Made by a program: the position numbers and the translations under genes. The notes under the pieces are model-generated. The model ran no database searches. It saw nothing but the letters and a program-made list of their open reading frames with translations, and was not told the origin of the DNA. From the NCBI GenBank assembly GCA_965207885.1, contig OZ242311.1:32001-96000 (forward strand): a DNA stretch of 64,000 bases, given 5' to 3'. This DNA comes from Candidatus Latescibacterota bacterium. Its GTDB lineage: Bacteria; Latescibacterota; UBA2968. Shown here in pieces: positions 48,990 to 58,698 of this stretch (positions are counted from its first letter, which is position 1; every line of letters begins with the position of its first letter).

Positions 48990-50918
48990 TTGATTCCCCG
49001 ACAAGTGCTGTTTGGCAACCCAGAAAAATCCATGGCCCGAATCAGTCCCGACGGCGAGTATCTCAGCTACCTCGCGCCAGTAGAGGGCGTTTTGAACGTC
49101 TGGGTCACCGCAGTAGAAGATCCCGACTCAGCCAGACCGATCACCAAAGACGAAGAACGCGGCATCCGCCTCTACATCTGGACCTATGATGGGCAGCACA
49201 TCCTGTACTACCAGGATGCCAAAGGCGACGAAGACTGGCATGTGTACGCGACGAATATCACCACAGGCGAGACCCGAGACCTGACGCCCTTTGAAAAAGT
49301 CAACGCGCAGATTCTCTCAGTCAATGAAAAGACGCCCAACGAAATCCTGATCGGCATCAACAACCGCAATCCGCAGCTACACGACGTCTATCGAATCGCG
49401 CTTTCCACCGGCGAGCGGACCCTGATCGAAGAGAATCCGGGCTTTGTCTCTTACCTGTTCGACAACGACGACCGCACGCGTTTTGCCATGACATTTTCGC
49501 CGACCGGAGGACAGGAGATCCTCCAAAGGGATGAGAGCAACCAGTGGCAACCCTTCATAGAGGTTCCCAACACCGACGCCCTGACGACCTATCTGACCGG
49601 CTTCGACAAATCAAACCAGATCCTCTATATGATCGACAGCCGCAAGCGAAACACGGCCGCCTTATTCACCCTCGACCTGGCGTCCAGGAAACAAGAACTG
49701 GTAGCCGAGAACGACCGCGCGGATGTGGGTGGGATATTGGTTCATCCAACAGAGAAACACGTACAAGCCGTATCGTTCATTTACGACCGCAACCGCTGGC
49801 ATGTGCTGGACCCGGCGATTCAAGAGGACATGGATTACTTGCACTCGGTGGAAGACGGCGAATTGTCCATCACCAGCCGCACGCTCGACGACCGCTTGTG
49901 GACAGCGGCCTACGTCCTGGACAACGGGCCGGTCAAATACTACCTGTACGATCGCACAAGGAAGCAGGCGAATTACCTGTTCAGCAACCGCACGGACCTG
50001 GACGAGTACCAACTGGCCAGGATGCATTCGCTGACCATCAAATCCCGGGACGGGTGGAACCTGGTCAGCTATCTGACGCTCCCCCCCGACAGCGCCCCCG
50101 ACGGCGACGCTCGGCCGAGCAATCCTGTACCGCTGGTTTTACTGGTTCACGGGGGTCCCTGGGGACGCGACATCTGGGGCTACAATTCGGAGCATCAATG
50201 GCTGTCGAACCGCGGTTACGCCGTGCTGAGCGTCAACTTCCGCGGCTCGACCGGCTTCGGCAAAGAGTTCACCAACGCTGGCAATGGCGAGTGGGCCGGC
50301 AAAATGCACGACGACCTGATTGACGCTGTCAACTGGGCAGTCCGTGAAAAGATCACGCAGCGCGACCAGGTGGCGATAATGGGCGGCAGCTACGGCGGAT
50401 ACGCGACCCTGGTCGGATTGACCTTCACGCCCGAGACATTCGTCTGCGGCGTCGATATTGTCGGCCCGAGCAACCTCGTCACGCTACTACAAAACGTACC
50501 GCCTTATTGGGTCCCGATCCTCCCAATGATGAAAGACCGCGTAGGTGACTGGACCACAGAAGAGGGCCAGCAATCCTTGCTCGCCAAATCGCCGCTTGCG
50601 CGCGTAGATCAGATCCAGCGCCCGCTGCTGATCGGCCAGGGTGCCAACGACCCGCGCGTCAAACAAGTCGAATCCGATCAAATCGTCGAGGCGATGAAAC
50701 AAAAAAACATTCCCGTGACCTACGTGCTTTATCCAGACGAAGGGCATGGATTCGCACGACCGGAAAACCGCTTGTCGTTTTACGCCGTCGCTGAGGCGTT
50801 CTTATCCGAGCACCTGGGCGGACAGTTTGAACCGGTCGGAAAGGACTTTCAAGGAGCGAAAATTCAGGTGCCAGAAGGAGCGGACCAGGTCCCCGGACTC
50901 CAGACGGCCCTGGCGTAA
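48990..50918 (+). CDS. S9 family (prolyl oligopeptidase-like) peptidase
   Basis: VHGGPW, GGSYGG, NDPRV, DEGHGF triad. Confidence 0.93.
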   Translation: MIPRQVLFGNPEKSMARISPDGEYLSYLAPVEGVLNVWVTAVEDPDSARPITKDEERGIRLYIWTYDGQHILYYQDAKGDEDWHVYATNITTGETRDLTPFEKVNAQILSVNEKTPNEILIGINNRNPQLHDVYRIALSTGERTLIEENPGFVSYLFDNDDRTRFAMTFSPTGGQEILQRDESNQWQPFIEVPNTDALTTYLTGFDKSNQILYMIDSRKRNTAALFTLDLASRKQELVAENDRADVGGILVHPTEKHVQAVSFIYDRNRWHVLDPAIQEDMDYLHSVEDGELSITSRTLDDRLWTAAYVLDNGPVKYYLYDRTRKQANYLFSNRTDLDEYQLARMHSLTIKSRDGWNLVSYLTLPPDSAPDGDARPSNPVPLVLLVHGGPWGRDIWGYNSEHQWLSNRGYAVLSVNFRGSTGFGKEFTNAGNGEWAGKMHDDLIDAVNWAVREKITQRDQVAIMGGSYGGYATLVGLTFTPETFVCGVDIVGPSNLVTLLQNVPPYWVPILPMMKDRVGDWTTEEGQQSLLAKSPLARVDQIQRPLLIGQGANDPRVKQVESDQIVEAMKQKNIPVTYVLYPDEGHGFARPENRLSFYAVAEAFLSEHLGGQFEPVGKDFQGAKIQVPEGADQVPGLQTALA

Positions 50919-50929
50919 ATGAGAACCAC

Positions 50930-51901
50930 ATGACAATCTCCCTCGACCCCATCCGCGACGATTTGATCGCCTGGGCGGAATCCCTCTACCTCCCGGACAC
51001 TGGAGCCTTCCGCAACGGCGACACACCCGCGCCCAGCCTTCCGAGCACCCTCTTCATCACCTATATTTTATACAGCATAAACGCGCTCGGCGCAGTCGCG
51101 CTTGACCGCGCAAAATGGATCGCCTGGATCCAATCGCAACAGAGCGAACAGGACGGATCCTTTGCCTTCCCGCCCTCAGACAATCCGCGCCGTGGGATCG
51201 CATTTTGGAACGCAGTTCGCGCACTCAATATGCTGGGTGCTCAGGTCCTGAAATTCCCCGACGACCAGCGCAGCGCAACAACCATCACCGGACTCCGCCA
51301 ATGGTTCAAAACGTGGAAAGCATCCGGCGACACCCATCACGAAGTCCTCGCGCGCGTACCCATGCTCGTCAGCCATCCAGACCCCGCCTGGATCAACGCT
51401 TTCTTCGACGAACTCGCCGCACAACAGCACCCCGCGCTGGGAACATGGCCCGCTGAAGGATCCACCAACATCAGCCGCACATTTGCCTACAGTCTGATCT
51501 ACACCGGAATGGACAAACTCCCGCCACAACCTGAGAAAATCGTAGATGCCATGCTAAATCTCCAGGAAGAGAATGGCTTCTGGCACGGACGCCCCAACTT
51601 TTCAACCATGGACGCGGTCTATCTCCTATCGCGACTGCCAAAAGCCATCGGGTGGCGCGAGACAGAAGCAAACGCCGCGCTACACCGCACAGCAGATGCA
51701 CTCATCCCCTATTACAAAGCGCACGCCGAACGCGACAAGCAGGACACCCATCAATTCGCGGCCACCGTACAAACACTCGCCCTGCTATACGAAGCCTTGC
51801 CCCGGCGATTCACAACATCGCACCCGTGGCGATTCGGATGGAGCAACAGGGCGTTCTGGCAATGCCGCGTAATCAAAGAGAAACTAACCGTCCATTATTA
51901 A
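50930..51901 (+). CDS. Hypothetical protein, possible prenyltransferase-like alpha/alpha barrel
   Basis: QQSEQDGSF and LQEENGFW QW-like repeats. Confidence 0.6.
   Translation: MTISLDPIRDDLIAWAESLYLPDTGAFRNGDTPAPSLPSTLFITYILYSINALGAVALDRAKWIAWIQSQQSEQDGSFAFPPSDNPRRGIAFWNAVRALNMLGAQVLKFPDDQRSATTITGLRQWFKTWKASGDTHHEVLARVPMLVSHPDPAWINAFFDELAAQQHPALGTWPAEGSTNISRTFAYSLIYTGMDKLPPQPEKIVDAMLNLQEENGFWHGRPNFSTMDAVYLLSRLPKAIGWRETEANAALHRTADALIPYYKAHAERDKQDTHQFAATVQTLALLYEALPRRFTTSHPWRFGWSNRAFWQCRVIKEKLTVHY
51758..51877 (+). repeat. Direct repeat B (3' part of the 50930 gene); second copy 54257-54376
   Basis: 120 bp, near-identical by eye. Confidence 0.95.
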
Positions 51902-52119
51902 CACACGAAAACGGGTCAAGTCCAAGATACGAACACTGGATGAGGCCCAGTTCCCAACGGCATTCGGCTTGGCGATGGAAGCAGAGGAATACACACAGGT
52001 AAGGGAGAAGCAGGTCAAAGAGGCACTATCGGACATGGAGCATCTGGGGCTGGACGATCGATCTACTGATGAACCTGATGACCCCAGCATGGACATTATA
52101 GATCAAGAACAGAACGCAG

Positions 52120-52176
52120 ACAGGACCTGGTCTGGGGATCGAACTCGACGAAAGCGGTCGTCAATAAACATCGTGC
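52120..52176 (+). pseudogene. Direct repeat C: 3'-end fragment of an enolase-family gene, continuing at 53459-53474; second copy 55489-55560
   Basis: ACAGGACCTGGTCTGGG..TCGAACTCGACGAA...CATCGTGC|ATAAGGTTGCGTAAAA versus CACCGCGCGTAAGGTTGCGTAAAA. Confidence 0.85.
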
Positions 52177-52217
52177 GTGACTACTCCCAACGCTAAAGCA
52201 GTTGGGCTTCTTGGCGG

Positions 52218-53342
52218 TCAATCCGCCTGACGTTGTAGCCCCAACGTCAATATGTTTATCGCAGCATTGTGGTCTCTGTCCGTCTTATAGCCACACGCCT
52301 TGCAATGATGCACACGCTCAGAAAGTGCTTTCTTCTCTCTATGTCCGCATGCAGAGCAATCTTGTGACGTATATTCAGGATCAACGGCCTTGAATCCAAT
52401 ACCAGCCTCTTCCGCTTTGTATTTGAGACAGTGCCGAAACAGGGACCATGCTACGTCTGCTATTGATTTAGCCAATCGTCTGTTCTTTTGCATCTCTTTC
52501 ACGTCCAATTTCTCTACGGCTATGAATCCGTGACGATTGACCATTTTTCTTGATTCTTGATGAGCAAAGTTATGTCGTTTATTACGGATACGCTCATGCA
52601 CTCTACCAATGACTTTACGACGCTTTTCTCTTACGGCGTCGGTCTTGGGTCTTTTTTTCACCGCGTCCCATTTGCGCTGTGTTTTGGCAAGAGATTTCTC
52701 TTCTTTCCTAAAGAATCTCTGATTCTCTATTTTCTGTCCGTCACTGGTCACAGCAAAGGAATTGAGACCCACGTCAATGCCAACAGCAGAGCCAGCGGTT
52801 GGTTTCTTCTCTTTTTCGCCAATATCGCAAGAGATAGACACAAACCACTTGCCTGTTGCTGTGCGTGTGATTGTGCAAGACTTAGGGATACCCTCAAGTG
52901 ACCTGTGCTGGACAATGCGAATGCAACCAATACTGCCCAATCGCAAGCCCTTGTCGTCCAATCGACATCCATTGGCAAACTGAGGATAGGTGATAGAATC
53001 ATAGCGATGCTCATTCTTGTATCTGGGAAAGCCAGCTTTCTCGCCTGTCTTTGACTTCCCTTTGAGACGCCGAAAGAAACCTTTGAATGCCAAATCTACT
53101 CTTGCTGACACTTGTTGCAACACCTGACTATACACTTGCTTGAAAGCGGCGTGTTGTTGTTTTAACACTGGTATTGTTTTGGTCTGGTCATATTCAGAGA
53201 GAGACTTATTCTCATTTTTCCATGCTTGTATTCTGGCACAGAGTAGTTGATTATAGAGAATACGACATTCGTCAATATGCGCCAGCAAGATTTGTTCTTG
53301 CTTTTTGGTCGGACGCAATCTGTATTTGAATGATTTAACCAT
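52218..53342 (-). CDS. tnpB: RNA-guided endonuclease TnpB
   Basis: HTH N-terminus, GIDVG, IAVEKL, CSACG..CKACG zinc finger, DRDHNAAINI. Confidence 0.95.
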   Translation of the reverse strand: MVKSFKYRLRPTKKQEQILLAHIDECRILYNQLLCARIQAWKNENKSLSEYDQTKTIPVLKQQHAAFKQVYSQVLQQVSARVDLAFKGFFRRLKGKSKTGEKAGFPRYKNEHRYDSITYPQFANGCRLDDKGLRLGSIGCIRIVQHRSLEGIPKSCTITRTATGKWFVSISCDIGEKEKKPTAGSAVGIDVGLNSFAVTSDGQKIENQRFFRKEEKSLAKTQRKWDAVKKRPKTDAVREKRRKVIGRVHERIRNKRHNFAHQESRKMVNRHGFIAVEKLDVKEMQKNRRLAKSIADVAWSLFRHCLKYKAEEAGIGFKAVDPEYTSQDCSACGHREKKALSERVHHCKACGYKTDRDHNAAINILTLGLQRQAD

Positions 53343-53348
53343 AATAAA

Positions 53349-53377
53349 AATATATACTTATATGCATTTTTTGTCAA
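53349..53377 (-). promoter_or_regulatory. Sigma70 promoter of tnpB, probably leaderless
   Basis: TTGACA-N17-TATATT ending 6 nt before the ATG. Confidence 0.6.
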
Positions 53378-53464
53378 GATTTTTATCGCTAAAGCAATAC
53401 CAAAATCACAAGCCCTCATATCCCAACGCTAAAGCTGTTGGGTTTTACGGGCTGTTTGATAAGG

Positions 53465-53493
53465 TTGCGTAAAATTGCAACATTTGCTATAAT
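53465..53493 (+). promoter_or_regulatory. Sigma70 promoter of the vapBC-like operon
   Basis: TTGCGT-N17-TATAAT. Confidence 0.6.
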
Positions 53494-53529
53494 TTATTGC
53501 TTCCATGACATCATTAAAGGATTTTAGCC

Positions 53530-53784
53530 ATGAATAAAATGATAAAAACAAAAGTAACAGCGCAAGGGGTTTTGATCCCTCGGCAGTTGTTAGAAGGAAT
53601 AGAGGAAGTAGAAATAAAAAAAGAAAATGATGTGATTACAATTATGCCGACGGGACAGATGAACGCCTGCGGTAGTAGTACACAGCTTGATCCCATTTGG
53701 AATCTGGGTGAAAATCCAGTCGAATGTGGTATTTCAGATGCTTCCGAACAGCATGACAAATATTTGTATGACACATCTTCATGA
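53530..53784 (+). CDS. AbrB/MazE-like antitoxin
   Basis: KVTAQGVLIPR swapped-hairpin pattern, DASEQHDKYLY; ATGA overlap with the PIN toxin. Confidence 0.75.
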   Translation: MNKMIKTKVTAQGVLIPRQLLEGIEEVEIKKENDVITIMPTGQMNACGSSTQLDPIWNLGENPVECGISDASEQHDKYLYDTSS

Positions 53785-54194
53785 ACACAAATATATTCTT
53801 TCTTGATACAGGTTATCTCATTGCCCTTGAAGCTTCTAACGACAAAAATCATACACGCGCAAAAAATCATTGGCGAACTTTTATTCGCACACGCCCGTCT
53901 TTAGTGACCACCTCCTTTGTTTTCGATGAGGTGGTCACTTTTTTTAATAGTCGAAATCGACACGAAAAGGCCGTTGAAGTTGGCTCGCACCTCTTGAATA
54001 GTCCTTCTGTTCAGCTAATCCAGGTGGATGACGCCCTTTTTCGCAAAGGTTGGGAATATTTCGAGCAACATTCAGATAAGCTCTACTCTTTGACAGATTG
54101 CATTTCATTTGTTGTTATGCAGCAACGGAAAATTCAGACTGCCCTAACTTTTGATAGGCATTTTACTCAAGCCAATTTTTTGACCATTCCCTAA
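53781..54194 (+). CDS. vapC: PIN-domain VapC toxin
   Basis: FLDTG, VFDE, SLTDCISF, TFDRHF. Confidence 0.9.
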   Translation: MNTNIFFLDTGYLIALEASNDKNHTRAKNHWRTFIRTRPSLVTTSFVFDEVVTFFNSRNRHEKAVEVGSHLLNSPSVQLIQVDDALFRKGWEYFEQHSDKLYSLTDCISFVVMQQRKIQTALTFDRHFTQANFLTIP

Positions 54195-54200
54195 ATCTCC

Positions 54201-54376
54201 TGAAAGTGGCATACTACAGGCGTATATGGTGCGCGGTTGGCTTTGAGTAGGACTAAGCGGCCACCGTACAAACACTCGCCCTGCTATACGAAGCCTTGCC
54301 CCGGCGATTCACAACATCGCACCCGTGGCGATTCGGATGGAGCAACAGGGCGTTCTGGCAATGCCGCGTGATCAAA
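54201..54376 (+). pseudogene. Abutting gene-end fragments A' (54201-54256) and B' (54257-54376)
   Basis: Copies of 48920-48975 and 51758-51877. Confidence 0.9.
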
Positions 54377-54423
54377 AAAGCATTGACCGCATTGCCACAC
54401 ACCAGCACAGGAGCACATCAACC

Positions 54424-55548
54424 ATGAAAATCACCGACGTGGAAACCATCGTAATCCAAAACATCCAGCCCTATCGCGGGGGGCAATACTGGCTCTTTGT
54501 CCAGCTCATCACCGACGAAGGCATCGTGGGATTGGGCGAGCGACCCTCGGGAAATGCCACCAATTTGGACGCCCAAATCAGCCTCATCAAAAACCTCTGT
54601 CAGCAATTCGCCATCGGCACAAGCCCCTTTGACATCGAAAGCCTGTGGCAGCGAATCTTTGCATCTCGGCACGACTATCGCCATCCCGGCCTCGACGCAA
54701 CACCCGCCTTGAGCGCCATTGAAATGGCGTGTTGGGACATTGTCGGCAAAGCATTGAACCAGCCCATCTATAACCTGCTCGGCGGCAGAGTCCACGACAA
54801 ACTCAGGGCTTATGCCTACATGCCCACCGACGGCATCTGGGAAAATCCAGAACGCGCGGGCGAAATTGCAACCCGCCTGGTCGCGGATGGAAACACCGCC
54901 TGCAAATTCGACCCCTTCCACCCGATCTTTCCCAACCCGCGCGACTTCCCACTCAAAACCATCCGCCACGTCGCCAAAATATTCAAAAGCATCCGGGACG
55001 CAGTAGGCGACGAATTGGAAATCGGCATCGGCACCCACGGACAATTTAGCACATCGGGCGCAATCCGCGTGGCAAAAGAACTGGAAGAATTCAGTCCCTT
55101 CTGGTTTGAAGAACCCGTCCCCCCGGAAAACATCGACGAAATGGCCCGCGTCGCCGCCCACACCAGCATCCCAATCGCCACGGGGGAACGACTCGTCACC
55201 AAATACGAATTTGCCGAACTCCTCAAAAAACAGGCCGCACAAATCCTCCAATTAGACGTAGGACAATGCGGCGGAATATTGGAATCCAAAAAAATTGCCA
55301 GCATGGCCGAAGCCCACTACGCCCTCATCGCACCCCACATGTATTGCGGTCCCATCGCCGCAGCAGCCGCGGTGCAACTCGACACATGCTCGCCGAACTT
55401 TCTGATCCAGGAATTCAACGCCAACGACCTCCACAGCGAAATATTCATAGAACCAATCCAATTTGAAAGCGGCTATATCACCCCGCCAACAGGACCTGGT
55501 CTGGGCGTCGAACTCGACGAATCAGTCGTTGCAAAACACCGCGCGTAA
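54424..55548 (+). CDS. Mandelate racemase/muconate lactonizing enzyme family
   Basis: TDEGIVGLGE, WDIVGK, KFD, GTHG, EEP, TGER. Confidence 0.9.
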   Translation: MKITDVETIVIQNIQPYRGGQYWLFVQLITDEGIVGLGERPSGNATNLDAQISLIKNLCQQFAIGTSPFDIESLWQRIFASRHDYRHPGLDATPALSAIEMACWDIVGKALNQPIYNLLGGRVHDKLRAYAYMPTDGIWENPERAGEIATRLVADGNTACKFDPFHPIFPNPRDFPLKTIRHVAKIFKSIRDAVGDELEIGIGTHGQFSTSGAIRVAKELEEFSPFWFEEPVPPENIDEMARVAAHTSIPIATGERLVTKYEFAELLKKQAAQILQLDVGQCGGILESKKIASMAEAHYALIAPHMYCGPIAAAAAVQLDTCSPNFLIQEFNANDLHSEIFIEPIQFESGYITPPTGPGLGVELDESVVAKHRA

Positions 55549-55562
55549 GGTTGCGTAAAAGC

Positions 55563-55597
55563 AAACGCCCCAGCATCGTTTATGCCGGGGCGTTTTT
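55563..55597. terminator. Intrinsic terminator
   Basis: AAACGCCCCAGCAT..ATGCCGGGGCGTTTTT. Confidence 0.75.
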
Positions 55598-55646
55598 GTG
55601 TCAGATAAACCAATTCCCAAAGGGTTTTTCTGTTTAGCGAACTCAT

Positions 55647-57443
55647 TCACCGAAACGCGATGCGATAAGTCAATGTATTTTCAGCATTGATGTACGCCGT
55701 CACGACCTGGCGATCACCGGATTTGAGATCGGTATCGGATAAAGTGAGTGCGTTTTCGGTTTCAATACAGAGCGAAACATCACCGCGCGTGAGAACCGCC
55801 CCGTTCTTTATTGTATCCATATCCCCTTTCAAAATCGGGAGAACCTCAGTAAATGCACCGGGATAGCTGACAGAAACAGTAATCGCATCGCTGGCAAAGA
55901 GAATCGTCTTACTGCCAGCTTCGCCGAGGGGATAGGTAATCTCGAGATCGCCATCGGGCAGATCGCGGATACCGGGTCGCGGTATGATCGGATCCCCATC
56001 AATCCGAAAAGCAGCAGCAATATCGGTCTTTTCACAGAGCGTATTATTAATAATCGTCCCCCAGGCAGCATAGTCTGTATCCGTTTGAGACTGCAGAACA
56101 GCACCAGCGCGAGGATGCCAGATCAACCCCAGCCCATACCGCTGTTGGGCACTCAGCACAGGCCCCGTATTAAAAGCAGCGTAATAAGTTGGACGACGGA
56201 CAAACGAAAAAACCACCGGATGGCGGCTGTCAACCCGCTGGTGTGTGAAACGGTCTCGTGCGATATAGGGCAACATCGCAGTGGCCGCTTTTTTTTGTTC
56301 TGAACTGGGATACCATGTAATGTGGTCCCGGTGCAAAAAAGCATAAGGCGTAAAAGCCCAAAATTCACCGACCTGGAGCGGCGCAACAGAGGGCCAATTG
56401 GCTTCAAGGCGGGCGCGCGCATCTGCAATATCCCGTGCATGTGCCTCAGCCGTACGCCCATAAGCGCGGGGCAACTCGAGTACTTCACCGAGCGCAGTCG
56501 TGTCGATATCCCCAGAATTAGACCTCTCGGCACCGCCGAGATTGGCGCGATACTCAGTGAGAAAAGCTCTCTGCTGGCGGGTTTCAATACCGCGGTTGAG
56601 CGCGTAACCCGTACCATCGGGTTCGCGCACGGCATTGTAGGAAAACCAATCGTACCAGCGCTGTTCTTTCTCCAGAAAAACAGATGCCCGATCCGTGCCG
56701 CGAGCATAGTGATAGGCAACGTGGATATCGCTGTGGTGAGTACCGAGAAAATAGCCCCAATCGGGACCGCTACGCTCGTAAAAATAACCTGCTGGACTCT
56801 GAAATTCCGTCAGACTATCTTCAAGACGCTGATCGAGCAAACGCTCGAGTTCTGCATCGGGAAAGAGATCCAGATACGCCAGCGCACCACCCCAGGCATT
56901 GGCATACTGATTGGTAAAATTGCGACCCTGGGTTTGCAATTCATCAATCGTAAAAGTGGCGTAGAGTGCTTTGCGGTCGGCGGCTATGACGCGCTCGTGC
57001 AGGGCTGAATCAATGTCCGGACCGCTGTCGAGCAGGTGGAGGGTTTGCCCCATAAACTTTGTGGCAAAAGCAGTAGCGGCGAGATTCCACTTACCGGGAC
57101 CGTACTCGCTGAAACGCCCATCCCCGTTTTGAATGCCGCACCAGAAGTCGAGCGCAGCTTCGAGACGCTGGCGCAGGTCGGGCTGTGCGTAAAACACATT
57201 CCAGGGGCGGTCGGTGCAATAAAAGAAAGCCAGCGCCAGAATATTCTCCATAATACGCGCATTGTGCGGTTTATTATCCTTCGGATTCCGCCAGACCGAA
57301 ATATTGATAAAGCCGCGATCGGGGCCGTACATCTCAACAGCATTGGCAACCCGGTGAAAATGCGACAAATAATAGGGCAAATCGAGTTCGCCATCGGCAA
57401 AGTCGGCTGGTGAAAAATCAGCAACAGGCGCGGGATTAAGCAT
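55647..57443 (-). CDS. Hypothetical protein, possible alpha/alpha-barrel lyase-like
   Basis: 598-aa ORF with RBS AAGGAG; codon usage like neighbours. Confidence 0.65.
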   Translation of the reverse strand: MLNPAPVADFSPADFADGELDLPYYLSHFHRVANAVEMYGPDRGFINISVWRNPKDNKPHNARIMENILALAFFYCTDRPWNVFYAQPDLRQRLEAALDFWCGIQNGDGRFSEYGPGKWNLAATAFATKFMGQTLHLLDSGPDIDSALHERVIAADRKALYATFTIDELQTQGRNFTNQYANAWGGALAYLDLFPDAELERLLDQRLEDSLTEFQSPAGYFYERSGPDWGYFLGTHHSDIHVAYHYARGTDRASVFLEKEQRWYDWFSYNAVREPDGTGYALNRGIETRQQRAFLTEYRANLGGAERSNSGDIDTTALGEVLELPRAYGRTAEAHARDIADARARLEANWPSVAPLQVGEFWAFTPYAFLHRDHITWYPSSEQKKAATAMLPYIARDRFTHQRVDSRHPVVFSFVRRPTYYAAFNTGPVLSAQQRYGLGLIWHPRAGAVLQSQTDTDYAAWGTIINNTLCEKTDIAAAFRIDGDPIIPRPGIRDLPDGDLEITYPLGEAGSKTILFASDAITVSVSYPGAFTEVLPILKGDMDTIKNGAVLTRGDVSLCIETENALTLSDTDLKSGDRQVVTAYINAENTLTYRIAFR

Positions 57444-57496
57444 GAATCAACTCCTTTGTTTAACGATTCGTCGAAGAGAGCAAACCATTGAAAAAT

Positions 57497-57530
57497 AAAA
57501 AAGCGGTGATCCGAAGACCACCGCTTTTTT
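57497..57530. terminator. Bidirectional intrinsic terminator
   Basis: AAAAAAGCGGTG...CACCGCTTTTTT. Confidence 0.75.
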
Positions 57531-57547
57531 GCGTTTATCGCGAACAC

Positions 57548-58666
57548 TTATTTATCGCGATGTAAAATCTGTCGCAAACGCCCGACTTCGCGTTGCAGAT
57601 AATTGATATGTTGATAAACCGCTGCATCTTTGGGCTTCACCAGAGGCGCTGGACGCAAAGCGACCAGAGCAGCGCTATCCATCTGATCCAGCTCGACTTG
57701 TATCGCCACCACCTGTCCCTCGCGTCGAATACCTATCGTTGCGGTCTCGCCCGGCGTACTTTCCAGCACCATCCGCTTCAAATGCACTGGACCACCAATG
57801 GCGCGCCCACGATATGAAAGCACCACATCGCCCGGCTGAATCCCGCCCTCAGTTGCAGGACTATTCGGCTGCACATTGACCACCACCACCTCGTTGCCCC
57901 GTGGTGCAACCTCCACACCCAGTTTGCCATACGCCATTTGCCCATGTGCAACCAGCGCGCGCGCCACCCGCATCGCGCGATTGATCGGAATGACAAAAAC
58001 CGACGACGGCAGGGAGGTCCATCCAAATAGAGAACCATCGTCTTGAGTAACGGTGCGAATCGGGTCTTCATAGCGCCACACCATACCCCCAACCCGTCCA
58101 TTACCGCAAAACACGGGAGCCCCGCCATAACTGCTCTGCACGCGGGCCGACACCTGAAACAAATCCCTATCCCGATAGATTCCGTACACCATCCCAACAG
58201 AAGGCACCAGATTGCCAAAGTCATTGCCCAACAAAAGGGCGTAATGCCCAATTTTAATATACTGTGAATCTCCCACCACAACCGTGGGCAAATTCTCTGC
58301 CTCAACGCGAATAACAGCAATCCCCGAAATCGGATCTGCCCCCACGAGCGCCGCCCGCACCTGCACGCCAGAAGCCAGCGTCACCCGAATCTCATCGGCA
58401 TCTGCAATAGCGGCTTCAATCGTTAAAATATAACCCTGGGGATCAAAAATAAACCCCGTGCCGTGGGTAAACACCGAACCAAACGGCCCGCTATCTGCCC
58501 GCGCACGGGGAGGATAGAGCGTGTGAATCCGCACCACACTCTGCCGATTATCTTCCAAAATTGCAGCAATTTCCTCTTCAAGCGTGCACAACAGGCTGCG
58601 TTCTTCCGTCCATCCCCTGCCCACAAAGAGCAGGCACAACGCCATTGTGCAACACAAAGATCTCAT
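57548..58666 (-). CDS. HtrA/S1C trypsin-like protein with PDZ domain; catalytic residues appear lost
   Basis: GTGFIFD..GYILT, IPIN, PDZ motif GIQPGDVV; signal peptide. Confidence 0.8.
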   Translation of the reverse strand: MRSLCCTMALCLLFVGRGWTEERSLLCTLEEEIAAILEDNRQSVVRIHTLYPPRARADSGPFGSVFTHGTGFIFDPQGYILTIEAAIADADEIRVTLASGVQVRAALVGADPISGIAVIRVEAENLPTVVVGDSQYIKIGHYALLLGNDFGNLVPSVGMVYGIYRDRDLFQVSARVQSSYGGAPVFCGNGRVGGMVWRYEDPIRTVTQDDGSLFGWTSLPSSVFVIPINRAMRVARALVAHGQMAYGKLGVEVAPRGNEVVVVNVQPNSPATEGGIQPGDVVLSYRGRAIGGPVHLKRMVLESTPGETATIGIRREGQVVAIQVELDQMDSAALVALRPAPLVKPKDAAVYQHINYLQREVGRLRQILHRDK

Positions 58667-58698
58667 AATCCCGCCTCTCTCCACTTGTCGAGTCAACG

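Larger units (their letters stand above)
52177..53458 (-). mobile_element. IS200/IS605-family element, TnpB only (IS1341-like)
   Basis: Both ends carry the CCCAACGCTAAAGC(A/T)GTTGGG hairpin; right end finishes TCAC, left end follows TTAT; no tnpA. Confidence 0.88.

Noticed and set aside
51969-52196. Intact 75-aa gene
   Set aside because: A chimera of an orphan fragment, out-of-frame repeat C and the IS right end.
51758-54376. Diversity-generating retroelement template/variable repeat pair
   Set aside because: Mismatches between repeats are not confined to adenines, and no reverse transcriptase is in the window.
54325-54423. N-terminal extension of the enolase-family gene
   Set aside because: Comes from repeat B'; the family-typical start MKITDV with AGGAG RBS is at 54424.
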